From NCBI GenBank assembly GCA_965221165.1, contig CBDCRP010000003.1:448001-512000 (forward strand): DNA of 64,000 bases. The letters run 5' to 3'. Numbering within the stretch: position 1 is the stretch's first letter; every line of letters begins with the position of its first letter. The position numbers were made by a program, and so were the translations under genes. This document shows positions 31,237 through 40,583 of the stretch, in pieces. This DNA is from a bacterium. GTDB lineage: Bacteria > UBA8248. Under the pieces are notes generated by a model, which did not search any database, was not told the DNA's origin, and saw only the letters and a list, made by a program, of their open reading frames with translations.

Positions 31237-31265
31237 ATCCTACCCCAAGGCCCACCGATTGTGAA
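31237..31265 (-). promoter_or_regulatory. Candidate sigma-70 promoter for pheA
   Basis: TTCACA-N17-TAGGAT. Confidence 0.35.
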
Positions 31266-31340
31266 CGCCCAAAAGCTCTGGCAAACTAACCCCGGCCTTC
31301 GAAAAACATTCAATGTTCATACGAAATCGTGAGGAAAAAC

Positions 31341-32474
31341 ATGAAGATTACAGATGTGGAAGCATACATGCTCACCGGCCCGCCGGAGGAGCGTGGCCAC
31401 TGGGTCAGCCATTACCCCGTTCACCAGGCGAACGAGCTACTGATTCGGCTCAAAACCGACGATGGGCTGGAGGGTTTCGGCCTGGGCAGCAGCCGCCTCC
31501 TCATCATGGGCGCGGCCGAGATGTTCAACGAAGGACTCAAGGAAATCATCATCGGCGAAGACGCCCTCGCTCCCGAGAGGCTCTATGAAAAGATTTTCTC
31601 CATCACCCACCAAAAGATCGCCTTTCTGAAGGAGTGGTCCCGAAACGGACTGCTCATCACCAGCGCGGCCATCGACCTCGCCATGTGGGATATTCTCGGA
31701 AAAGCCTCCGGGCAGCCCTTGTTTCGACTCTTCGGCGGATATCGGGAGGAAGTCCCCTGCTACGTCACCTGCGCCTATTACCGCGACGGAAAAGATTTGG
31801 GTGAGTTGCGCGAGGAGATGGAAATGCTCAAGGCTCAGGGGCACAGGGCGTTCAAGGCGAAAATCGGCGGCGCGTCGCTCGATGAGGATATGGCGCGGCT
31901 GCGGGTCATCCGCGAGGTCATCGGTGATGACGCCCAGCTCATGCTCGACGTGAACGGCGCCTGGGATCTGCCCACCGCCATCGAGGGAGCACGCCTGCTC
32001 CAGGAGATTCGTCCCCGGTGGCTCGAGGAACCCGTGCGCTGGTTCGACGACAGGCGGGAACTCAGGATTTTGGCCCGAAAAACAAACATCCCCCTCTCCG
32101 CCGGGGAGAGCGAGCAGACGGGGCACGGGGTCCGAGCGCTGCTGGAGGAGCAGGCGATAGACATCGTGCAGTTCGACTGCACGCGCATGGGCGGATTCAC
32201 CATGGGGAAAAAACTCGCGGCCCTGGCGGAACTCAACCACGTGGAAATCGCTCCGCACCACGACTGCTTCATCCACGCCCACATCGTGGCGGCCTCGCCG
32301 GCGGGCTGCATCGTGGAGTCCTTCACGGACCCCGAGCGCGATCCGCTCCAGGCCGAATTGTTCGAGAACCCGCCCCGCATCGAGAACGGGACGCTTCATT
32401 TGAACGATGCGCCGGGTCTCGGGCTTACGCTCTCGGAAGATGCGATAGAGAAGTTCGGGACAAGGATTGCGTGA
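31341..32474 (+). CDS. Mandelate racemase/muconate lactonizing enzyme family (enolase superfamily)
   Basis: MKITDVEA, IDLAMWDI.GK, FKAKIG, MLDVN, WLEEP, AGE, PGLG. Confidence 0.9.
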   Translation: MKITDVEAYMLTGPPEERGHWVSHYPVHQANELLIRLKTDDGLEGFGLGSSRLLIMGAAEMFNEGLKEIIIGEDALAPERLYEKIFSITHQKIAFLKEWSRNGLLITSAAIDLAMWDILGKASGQPLFRLFGGYREEVPCYVTCAYYRDGKDLGELREEMEMLKAQGHRAFKAKIGGASLDEDMARLRVIREVIGDDAQLMLDVNGAWDLPTAIEGARLLQEIRPRWLEEPVRWFDDRRELRILARKTNIPLSAGESEQTGHGVRALLEEQAIDIVQFDCTRMGGFTMGKKLAALAELNHVEIAPHHDCFIHAHIVAASPAGCIVESFTDPERDPLQAELFENPPRIENGTLHLNDAPGLGLTLSEDAIEKFGTRIA

Positions 32475-32546
32475 GGGGGGGGGAATCCCCCGGTGAACGA
32501 GAGTTTAACGCGACCTAAGAATAAGCAAGAAATACTCCCCCCTTGA

Positions 32547-32714
32547 GGGGGTTGTTGAAAAAGCCCCCCTGACAAGGGGGGTTGGGGGGTTCGGAGGGAA
32601 TAATGCTTCACCCGCTCCGCTCGCCATCCCTCGGCTTAAGAACTAACCCCCCTGTCCCCCCTTGTCAGGGGGGTAAAAGCGACACCCCCGGCGAGGGGTT
32701 TTTCAACAGGCCCT
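32547..32714. mobile_element. Non-autonomous TIR element (MITE-like), copy 1, inserted into a CTCCCCCCTTGAGGGGGAG palindrome
   Basis: Ends GGGGGTTGTTGAAAAA / TTTTTCAACAGGCCCT flanked by a repeated TGA; internal CCCCCCTGACAAGGGGGG / CCCCCCTTGTCAGGGGGG inverted pair. Confidence 0.7.
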
Positions 32715-32769
32715 TGAGGGGGAGTAGCAGAAGCCGAGCGTTTTGTGCGAAGGCTGATGCGTGGGGGGT

Positions 32770-32796
32770 CAATCACGACTGATGAAGGAGTGATTG
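32770..32796 (+). repeat. 27-bp GA-capped hairpin repeat
   Basis: CAATCAC-GACTGATGAAGGA-GTGATTG; same loop as the copies at 58.2-59.0 kb. Confidence 0.7.
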
Positions 32797-33009
32797 CAGG
32801 CGGATGAGGAAAAATCGGTCCGTAATTCCTCCTTCTTAGGTGGTTTCCTCCCCCGAAATAACTTGCAAGCAATTCTTCTCCTCTACCGGACCCCCAGATC
32901 CCATCGAGTTTCAAAGCGGTTGTTCACCTGCCAATTTTTCAATGCGACGGAGTCCCTGCATAAAGCAATAAGGGGTTCACGATGCCTGGAAAATTCAGCG
33001 TCTTTTAAT

Positions 33010-34332
33010 CTACCAAAACCGCCCAGCGGGTCGATCGAGCCCATAGTGTTCTCGCAACGTCTTGCCTTTATATTCTGTCCGGAACAGCCCGCGACGCTGA
33101 AGAATCGGAACCACCTCTTCAACAAAAGCATCCAGCATCGTGGGAAAAAGCGGCGGCATCACATTGAAACCATCGGCGGCGCCTTCGCGGAACCAGTCCT
33201 CAATCAGATCAGCGACCTGCTCGGGCGCGCCGGCAAAAGTAAAGTGGCCGCGAGCACCGGCAAAACGGGCAAGAAGCCGGCGCAAAGTAAGGCCTTCGTT
33301 ACGCACAAGATTGACGACCATCTCGGACCGACTACGCATGGTTTCGACACTGGAGGGTGGAGGGAAATCGTCCGGCGACAGCGGCCGGTCCAGCGGCAAA
33401 TGCGAGAAATCATGTCCGTCGAACCGTGAAGAGAGAGTACGGCGACCGATCTCCGGGTCATTATTCTCATTGAGATCCTGTTCCATTCGTTTTGCTTCGG
33501 TCTCGGTCGACGCAATCATCGGGCTCAGACCAGGCAGAATCAGGACCTGGTTTGCATCACGACCTGCTGCGACCGCTCGCTTCTTGATATCCGTGTAAAA
33601 CTTCTGCGCCGTCGCCTTTTCGAGGTGGGCCGTAAATACCGCCTCGGCGTGACGCGAAGCAAAATCACGTCCGGCATCCGACGATCCTGCCTGCACCAGC
33701 ACCGGTCGCCCCTGCGGACTGCGCGGAAGGGTCAGCGGCCCCGCGACGCTATAATACTTGCCGTTAAAGTCGATTGGACAAATTCGATCACTTTTGGCGT
33801 AGACGCCACCGTTACGATCATCAACCACGGCGTCATCGGCCCAACTGTCCCACAAATCTTTGACGACCTGGACAAATTCCTCGGCCATTATGTAGCGGTC
33901 CGCATGACTATCCTGACCCGCATCACCGAAATTGCGCGCGACCTTCGCCATCCAGGTGGTGACGATATTCCAACCGGCACGGCCATTGCTAATGTGATCA
34001 ATCGAGTTAAACTGCCGCGCAAGGTTAAAGGCCTCAGAATATGTGCTCGACCCCGTCGCGATCAGCCCGACCCGCTCGGTTGCGACGGCGAGCGCCGCTA
34101 ATAAAGTTATTGGTTCAAGCCAGATTCGCCCGGACCGCGGAGCATCCGGTGTCAACATCAGTGAATCAGCGAAAAAGATCGAATCAAAAAGCGCCGTCTC
34201 CGCACGTTGAGCTAAATCCACATAGTAGTTTACATCGGTAAGCGAGGCCGTCGAAGAATCGGGATGGTTCCAGGCTGCTTCGTGGTGGCCCCGAGATTGG
34301 ACGAACAAATTGAGGTGAAGTTGCCTAGTCAT
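33010..34332 (-). CDS. LLM-class flavin-dependent monooxygenase (NtaA/DszA/SnaA family)
   Basis: LHLNLF...GHHEAAW, FFAD, DHISNGRAGWNIVT, SPQGRPVLVQAGSS, VVPILQRRGLFR.EY...TLRE. Confidence 0.93.
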   Translation of the reverse strand: MTRQLHLNLFVQSRGHHEAAWNHPDSSTASLTDVNYYVDLAQRAETALFDSIFFADSLMLTPDAPRSGRIWLEPITLLAALAVATERVGLIATGSSTYSEAFNLARQFNSIDHISNGRAGWNIVTTWMAKVARNFGDAGQDSHADRYIMAEEFVQVVKDLWDSWADDAVVDDRNGGVYAKSDRICPIDFNGKYYSVAGPLTLPRSPQGRPVLVQAGSSDAGRDFASRHAEAVFTAHLEKATAQKFYTDIKKRAVAAGRDANQVLILPGLSPMIASTETEAKRMEQDLNENNDPEIGRRTLSSRFDGHDFSHLPLDRPLSPDDFPPPSSVETMRSRSEMVVNLVRNEGLTLRRLLARFAGARGHFTFAGAPEQVADLIEDWFREGAADGFNVMPPLFPTMLDAFVEEVVPILQRRGLFRTEYKGKTLREHYGLDRPAGRFW

Positions 34333-34783
34333 TGAAGATAACGGCTCTCATTAGGGGAAGGCAAGATCATTGAACATCATACCCAATTTACGAACAGGAG
34401 CACAAACTGAGCAAAATCCCATCAAGCCGGCTCTGAAAAGTCCGATTGAAAAATTCATTTATGTATCCTCGTTTTGCTGGATGATTTGTAATTCAAGATT
34501 CACCTAGTGCGTCTCGAAAGATATCTTCCATTTCCTTCTCCAACCAAGCTACAATTTTTTCTTTCCCAAAGCCCTCGTGCGCATAAATCTGTTCGACGAT
34601 GTTGATCATCTTTGGTTGCTTTATTGATGCTGACATAATAATCATTCATTCTTCCAAATCTCATCCGGTATTCGCCTTCCGCATCACGTGAGCGAGTTAC
34701 TATCAGATATGATGTATGACCGTCTTGAATCAAGCGGCCAACCCGCTCCGCCTATCCAACTAGTCAAACCACCAATCCAGAAG

Positions 34784-35674
34784 TCATAAATACTTCTTGA
34801 ACCAGTCGATGGCCTCGACCATGCCGATTTCGTGGTGTTCGGGGCTACAGAAGTAATACGACTCGTAATGCTGGGCGCCCGGGAGCTTGACGATCTTCTT
34901 CGGCTCTCCGCAAGCCTCATAGCAACTGATTTGCTCCTGCACCGGCACGAGAAAATCATTTTCCGAATAGATGAACATAACGGGACGCGGCGCGATTCTG
35001 TCCGCCACCCACTCGGGCTTGTAGCGCCAGCAGGCCTCGGCGCTTTGCAGGTCGTAGTCCTTCACGTAATCGTCGTGTTTCTGGTGATTCTCCTGGATGA
35101 CCTTGAGCGTGTGGGGGTCGCAGATCATGATCTCGGGCAGCGGCATCGTGGTCGGCTCGCCGGTGGCGACGCGCTTGCGGGCGGCCTCCATCACTCGTTT
35201 GTGAAAAGAGTCCCACTCGTGCGGCCTCCTCACAGAGCGCATCCAGCGCTCGCCCTCGTGCACCCCCACGGAGGAGACCACCACCTTCACGCGCTCGTCG
35301 AAGGCCGCCACCCAGATGGCGTTCGCCCCGCCGAAGCTCGTGCCGAAAATGCCGATTCGCTCCGTGTCCACGCCCTCGACCGTCTCCATGTAGGAGATGG
35401 CGTCGTAGGTGTCCTGCGCCTGCTCCAGGGGCCGCTGGCGGCCGCGCGCTCCCTCGCTCTTGCCGAAGCCGCGATGATCGGGCGCAAAGATGAAGTAGCC
35501 CTCCTCCCAGAGGCGTCTGGGAACGTCCATGCCGTAGACCTCCTTCATCCCGCTGTAGCCGTGCAGGCAGATGATGGCGGGACCGGGCGGATCGCCCTCT
35601 CGCCAGCCTTTCGGCGTATAGAGGTGGGAGGCGATTTTGAGGCCGTCGCTGTAGTAAACAATCTCTTCGTACAT
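34784..35674 (-). CDS. Alpha/beta fold hydrolase
   Basis: HGYSG, DHRGFGKSEG, GTSFGG nucleophile elbow, IAPRP, catalytic-position D and H. Confidence 0.9.
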   Translation of the reverse strand: MYEEIVYYSDGLKIASHLYTPKGWREGDPPGPAIICLHGYSGMKEVYGMDVPRRLWEEGYFIFAPDHRGFGKSEGARGRQRPLEQAQDTYDAISYMETVEGVDTERIGIFGTSFGGANAIWVAAFDERVKVVVSSVGVHEGERWMRSVRRPHEWDSFHKRVMEAARKRVATGEPTTMPLPEIMICDPHTLKVIQENHQKHDDYVKDYDLQSAEACWRYKPEWVADRIAPRPVMFIYSENDFLVPVQEQISCYEACGEPKKIVKLPGAQHYESYYFCSPEHHEIGMVEAIDWFKKYL

Positions 35675-35764
35675 GCAGGTTTCCCCTTTAGGCTATGCCG
35701 CGAAAATCGGATTTAACTTAAATTATCAATTCCTTACGGCGAATGCGCCACCGGACATTTCTCG

Positions 35765-36604
35765 CTATTCGACCTCGATGCCCCTCAACTCTCGCAACAA
35801 TTCACCAGAGTCGGGCGCGCGCATGAGCGCCTCGCCGACCAGGATGGCGTCGACCCCCTCATCCACCAGGGGGGCCACCTCCTCCCATCCGAAAATCCCG
35901 CTCTCAGAGACCAGAACGATATCTTCCCTCTGCTCGGGCGTTAGCCGAGCGAATACGCGGGATGTATGCTCCGTATCGACCTCGAAGGTCTTGAGGTTCC
36001 GGTTGTTCACGCCGAGCACGCGGGTTCCGGCTTCCAGGGCGCGCCCGAGTTCTTCCTCGGCATAGACCTCGACGAGCGCGTCCATGCCCAATTCTTCTGT
36101 GAGCGCGCGCAAATCCTCCATCTGCGCCGTTTCGAGGATGGCCGCGATGAGCAAGACGGCGTCCGACCCGCCGGCGCGGGCTTCCAATATCTGGTACTCG
36201 GTGAAAATAAACTCTTTTCTGAGGACGGGGAGAGCCACCGCGTCGCGCACCCCTTCGAGATGAGCCATCTCGCCCAGAAAGCGCCTCCGCTCGGTCAAAA
36301 CCGAAATAGCGGCCGCGCCACCAGCTTCATAAGCTTGGGCGATTTCGGCCGGCTGGAAGCTCTCGGCTATCTGCCCCTGGGAGGGGGAGGCTTGTTTCAC
36401 CTCGGCGATGACGCGCATCAGGCCGCCGTCCGCATCTTCGCCCGAATCGGGCCTCTTTAGCGCGCCCGCAAAATCCACAGTCGGCGGCGCGTCACGCGTC
36501 TGCGATTTGAGATCGGCTTCGGAACGTCTTCTCTTGTCCGAGGCGATGTCCTCTCGGACGCCTTCCACGAGCTTATCCAGAACCGTGTGTGTCGCAATCG
36601 TCAA
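35765..36604 (-). CDS. trpC: Indole-3-glycerol phosphate synthase
   Basis: IAEVKQASPS.G, ISVLTE, LRKEFI, GVNNRNL, VSESGI, LVGEALM. Confidence 0.96.
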   Translation of the reverse strand: MTIATHTVLDKLVEGVREDIASDKRRRSEADLKSQTRDAPPTVDFAGALKRPDSGEDADGGLMRVIAEVKQASPSQGQIAESFQPAEIAQAYEAGGAAAISVLTERRRFLGEMAHLEGVRDAVALPVLRKEFIFTEYQILEARAGGSDAVLLIAAILETAQMEDLRALTEELGMDALVEVYAEEELGRALEAGTRVLGVNNRNLKTFEVDTEHTSRVFARLTPEQREDIVLVSESGIFGWEEVAPLVDEGVDAILVGEALMRAPDSGELLRELRGIEVE

Positions 36605-36652
36605 AATTTCATACTCCCTGGAGAAATCGACAATCTATAGGCTAGCGAAGCC

Positions 36653-36976
36653 GGGCTTGATGAAAAAGTCCTGATTTCGCGATTTGGGATATGTAGCAGA
36701 CCTAGGAGGGAAGAGACTTCATTCCCCTCTTAAGGTTTTTCCCAATTTAGAAGAGGATTCACTCCCCCCTTGAGGGGGAGTCGGTGAGGTGAGGGGGATT
36801 TTGCCCGAAACCGAACCGGTGGGGAGAGTTTTTTCTGTGGCATGTCCCCCCACCGAATCGCTTGCGGGCTTTCGCCCTTAGCTCTTCGACTCCCCCTCAA
36901 GGGGGAGTGATGTCTCCTCTCTCCCAGGTCGGTTCCTTACGACGAATCACGAAATCCGGTCTTTTTCAACAACCCC
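36653..36976. mobile_element. Non-autonomous TIR element, copy 2 (long degenerate palindrome) between trpD and trpC
   Basis: Left arm GGGCTTGATGAAAAAGTCCTGATTTCGCGATT.. aligns over about 80 bp with the reverse complement of the right arm GGGGTTGTTGAAAAAGACCGGATTTCGTGATT..; encloses CTCCCCCCTTGAGGGGGAG / CTCCCCCTCAAGGGGGAG. Confidence 0.7.
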
Positions 36977-37045
36977 CTCAAAGGGGGAGTGGTTTGGCCC
37001 GACCCGCAAGGTCTTTATCAACAACCCAAGCCGCACCCGCCTCAC

Positions 37046-38056
37046 TCAGGAATTTGACACTTCCTCGAGACGCGCCAGAACCCCGGCCGCCTCGCCCGAA
37101 TCTATCGCCGCGGCCGCCTGCGCGACGCCTTCTCTCAGATCCCCCGCCCTGTCCGCGGCGATGAGCGCGGCGGCGGCGTTCAAGAGCACGATGTCGCGCT
37201 TTGGGCCTTTCTCACCGGCGAGGATGGCGCGTGTGATCTCCGCGTTCTCCTCGGGCTCGCCCCCCTTCACGGCGTCCGCGCCTGCGCGTTCCAGGCCCGC
37301 ATCCTCGGGCGTGACGTCATACGTCCTGATCTCGCTCCCGTCCCACTCCGAGACGCGCGAGGAACCGGTGAGCGTCAACTCGTCCATGCCGTCGGAACCA
37401 TGAACGACCAACGCCTTCTGACAGCCCACCTGCCGCAACACGTCCGCCACCAGCTCGGTGAGTTCGGGCGCGTACACGCCCACCAACTGGCTTTGGGCCC
37501 GGGCGGGGTTCGTGAGCGGCCCCATGACGTTGAAGATGCTCCGCATGGCGATCTCGCGCCTCGGACCGATGGCGTGCTTCATCGCGCCGTGGAGCATGGG
37601 CGCGAACAGAAAACCCACGCCCGCCTCGTCGATGCACTCGCCCACCTTCTCGGGCGTGGCCTCGATGTTGACTCCCAGGGCCTTCAATACGTCGGCTGCG
37701 CCCGATTTGCTCGACACCGCGCGGTTGCCGTGCTTCGCCACCGGCTGTCCCGCCGCCGCCACGACGAGGGCGGCGCTCGTGCTGATGTTGAAGGTGTGGG
37801 CGCCGTCGCCGCCCGTGCCCACCACGTCGACCACAAAGGGGTGTTTCGTCTTCACCCACGTCGCCTTGGCCCGCATGGAGCGGACGCTGCCCGCGATCTC
37901 TTCGGGCGTCTCACCCGCCATGCGAAGCGCCACCAGATAGGCGCCTATCTGGGCCTGTGTGGCCTCGCCCGTCATGATGAGGTCCATCACCTTCTCCGCC
38001 TCATCCGCGCTTAAGTGCCGGCCTTCCACGAGCTTTCCGATGGCTTCCTGAATCAT
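37046..38056 (-). CDS. trpD: Anthranilate phosphoribosyltransferase
   Basis: DVVGTGGDG..TFNIST, KHGNRAVSSKSGAAD, FNVMGPLTNP, DGMDE. Confidence 0.97.
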   Translation of the reverse strand: MIQEAIGKLVEGRHLSADEAEKVMDLIMTGEATQAQIGAYLVALRMAGETPEEIAGSVRSMRAKATWVKTKHPFVVDVVGTGGDGAHTFNISTSAALVVAAAGQPVAKHGNRAVSSKSGAADVLKALGVNIEATPEKVGECIDEAGVGFLFAPMLHGAMKHAIGPRREIAMRSIFNVMGPLTNPARAQSQLVGVYAPELTELVADVLRQVGCQKALVVHGSDGMDELTLTGSSRVSEWDGSEIRTYDVTPEDAGLERAGADAVKGGEPEENAEITRAILAGEKGPKRDIVLLNAAAALIAADRAGDLREGVAQAAAAIDSGEAAGVLARLEEVSNS

Positions 38057-38207
38057 GAACGCATATCCTCATAGAGTTGTAGGGTTTTCATTTGTTCCCT
38101 CTGCGTTACAGCCTCAGCGATAGACACGTATTCCCGAAACACGGGTGCCGGAAAGTACGAGAATATCGCCGATTCCGGGCTACCATACCGCGTCCGCGCT
38201 CATTCCC

Positions 38208-38792
38208 TCAAGGCCGCTCGATGGCGCCTTCGAGCGCATTTTTGAGCAGCGCCTTGCCTTCGGGCGAGAGTATGGATTCAGGATGAAACTGAACGCCCGC
38301 AACCGCCATACCCCGGATACGAAGCGCCATGATCTCACCTTCCTCCGTCTCCGCGCATACCTCGATTTCGGAAGGCATGTTCTCGCGCGCAAGCAGGAGG
38401 CTGTGGTATCGCGTCGCCGTCATCGGATTTGAAAGCCCCCGAAAGACGCCCCGCTCGTCGTGGCGAATCTCAGAAGTTTTTCCGTGCATGATCCGCTCGG
38501 CGCGAACGACCTCGCCTCCGAATACCGAGGCAATGGCCTGATGACCCAGGCATACGCCAAGTATGGGGTATTCACCGGCATATCTCTCCACGAGCGGCAT
38601 CGAGAGACCCGCGGATTCGGGCCGCCCCGGCCCAGGGGATATGACGATCAACTCGGGAGCGAGTTCGGCCACCTCATCGAGTTCGAACTGATCGTTTCGC
38701 CACACCGTCACATCCGCGCCCAGTTCGGCCAGATACTGAACGAGGTTGTAAGTGAACGAATCGTAATTATCGATCATCAATACGCGCGTCAT
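38208..38792 (-). CDS. trpG: Anthranilate synthase component II
   Basis: IDNYDSFTYNL, SPGPG, GVCLGHQ, RYHSL, QFHPES. Confidence 0.95.
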   Translation of the reverse strand: MTRVLMIDNYDSFTYNLVQYLAELGADVTVWRNDQFELDEVAELAPELIVISPGPGRPESAGLSMPLVERYAGEYPILGVCLGHQAIASVFGGEVVRAERIMHGKTSEIRHDERGVFRGLSNPMTATRYHSLLLARENMPSEIEVCAETEEGEIMALRIRGMAVAGVQFHPESILSPEGKALLKNALEGAIERP

Positions 38793-38807
38793 GTCGTATT
38801 CTCCGCC

Positions 38808-40343
38808 CTAGGGAAGTCCGCCCCGCGCCACGTCCAGAGCGCGGAGGGAGCCTCGGGCCTTGTTGATGGTTTCCTCGTATTCGAAATCGGGCTTTGAGTC
38901 CGCCACGACGCCCGCCCCCACCTGGAGGTAGAGCTTGCCTCCGCGCGCATAGAGCGTGCGAATCGCGATGCAGGTATCCATGCTTCCGCCAAAACCGAAA
39001 TACCCCACTGCGCCCGAATAGGGGCCCCGGCGCACCGCCTCCATCTCGTCGATGATCTCCATGGCGCGCACCTTGGGCGCGCCCGAGACGGTGCCCGCCG
39101 GAAAGGAGGCCCGCAGCACGTCGAACGCATCCTTGCCCTCGGCCAGTTTTCCCACCACGTTGCTCACGATGTGCATGACGTGGGAGTAGCGCTCCACCAC
39201 CATCTGTTCGGTGACCCGGACCGTGCCGCGCTCACACACGCGGCCGATGTCGTTGCGGCCCAGGTCGACGAGCATGATGTGCTCGGCCCGTTCCTTCTCA
39301 TCGGCGAGCAGTTCATCCGCCAGGGCCCGATCTTCCGCCTCATCGCGCCCGCGCCGACGCGTGCCGGCGATGGGGCGCACCTCGACCTTCTCCCCTTCGA
39401 GCCTTACGAGCACCTCGGGGGATGCGCCCACGAGCGTGACCTCGCCGAGTTCCAGGTAAAACATGTAGGGGGAGGGATTGACCGTTCGCAGCGCCCGGTA
39501 GATGGCGAAAGGGTGCACGTCCAGGGTGCTTTCGAGGCGCTGGGAGAGCACTACCTGAATCGCCTCGCCCGCGTGGATGAGCTCCACCGTATCGGCGACG
39601 ACCTTCTCGAACCCCTCGCGCGTGAAAGACGAGTAAAGGCCCGGCATGTTCTCGACGGGATGCCCGCTACCGCCGTCCAGAGGCGTTTCCTCCGGCTCGT
39701 AAGGCGGGGCGACGGAAGGGCCTCTGAGCTTTTCGATGAGCGCATCGACGCGCGCGCACGCATCCTCGTAGGCGGCCTCGGGGCCGTCATCCGTTATGTG
39801 CGCATGGGCGAGGACGTACATCTTCTGCGCCACGTTGTCGAAGATGATCAGGGACTTCGTGATCATGAAAAGCAGTTCGGGCAGTTCGAGATCGTCATGC
39901 GCATTCTCGGGCAGGCGTTCGATGAAGCGAACCGCGTCATATCCCATGTAACCGATGGCGCCTCCCCAGAACCTCGGCAGACCGGGAAGATCGACGGGTA
40001 TGTACGGCTGTATCAACTGCCTGAGCGCATCGATGGGATCATCGACGGTGAATTCTTCGCTCTCCCCATCCTCCGTGATGCGCACCCGCTTTCCCTTGCT
40101 CTCGAAGATGAGGGAAGGCTCGCTGCCCAAAAAGGTGTATCTCGCCCATTTTTCCCCGCCCTCAACGCTTTCGAGCAAAAACGAGTAGGGACCGTCGACG
40201 ATTTTTAGATAGGCCGACACCGGCGTATCGAGATCGGCGAGGATCTCCCGATAGACCGGAATGATGTTGCCCCGCTCGCAGAGAGCGAGGAAAGTTTCCT
40301 TGTCCGGCGCATGATTTTCTGGGTTCATTTTTCTTCGAGGCAT
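38808..40343 (-). CDS. trpE: Anthranilate synthase component I
   Basis: FLLESVEGG, NPSPYMF, PIAGTR, EHIMLVDLGRND, FPAGTVSGAPK; alternative start at 40328. Confidence 0.96.
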   Translation of the reverse strand: MPRRKMNPENHAPDKETFLALCERGNIIPVYREILADLDTPVSAYLKIVDGPYSFLLESVEGGEKWARYTFLGSEPSLIFESKGKRVRITEDGESEEFTVDDPIDALRQLIQPYIPVDLPGLPRFWGGAIGYMGYDAVRFIERLPENAHDDLELPELLFMITKSLIIFDNVAQKMYVLAHAHITDDGPEAAYEDACARVDALIEKLRGPSVAPPYEPEETPLDGGSGHPVENMPGLYSSFTREGFEKVVADTVELIHAGEAIQVVLSQRLESTLDVHPFAIYRALRTVNPSPYMFYLELGEVTLVGASPEVLVRLEGEKVEVRPIAGTRRRGRDEAEDRALADELLADEKERAEHIMLVDLGRNDIGRVCERGTVRVTEQMVVERYSHVMHIVSNVVGKLAEGKDAFDVLRASFPAGTVSGAPKVRAMEIIDEMEAVRRGPYSGAVGYFGFGGSMDTCIAIRTLYARGGKLYLQVGAGVVADSKPDFEYEETINKARGSLRALDVARGGLP

Positions 40344-40373
40344 CGTCTTTCAAGCGATGCCTCGCCTCCATAC

Positions 40374-40409
40374 AAAAAAAGCCACGGGACCAAACAGGCC
40401 GCCATGGCT
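40374..40409 (-). terminator. Attenuator terminator of the trp operon
   Basis: On the - strand, AGCCATGG-C-GGCC-TGTTT-GGTC-CCGTGGCT hairpin ending in a T7 run, between the leader peptide and trpE. Confidence 0.85.
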
Positions 40410-40445
40410 CGGGGATTCGCTTTTAAAAAACTCAGACAACAACCC

Positions 40446-40517
40446 TTATGGCGCACCTCCAGATTTGGCGGGGCATCGCCAGGGCCAAGCCTCCATGCAT
40501 GTTTCTCGCGTTCTCAT
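40446..40517 (-). CDS. trpL: trp operon leader peptide MRTRETCMEAWPWRCPAKSGGAP
   Basis: 23-codon ORF with Trp-Pro-Trp directly upstream of a terminator and trpE; absent from the ORF track because it is too short. Confidence 0.75.
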   Translation of the reverse strand: MRTRETCMEAWPWRCPAKSGGAP

Positions 40518-40583
40518 CCGCCGCCATCCCCATATATGAAATTCCGCTACTCCGTCGAAGATACCCAATTTTTTGAGAAATGG

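Noticed and set aside
32777-32820. Hammerhead ribozyme suggested by CTGATGA
   Set aside because: No stem II closed before a GAAA and no stem III with a cleavage triplet. The other copies vary at core positions (CCGAGGA, CTGAGAA).
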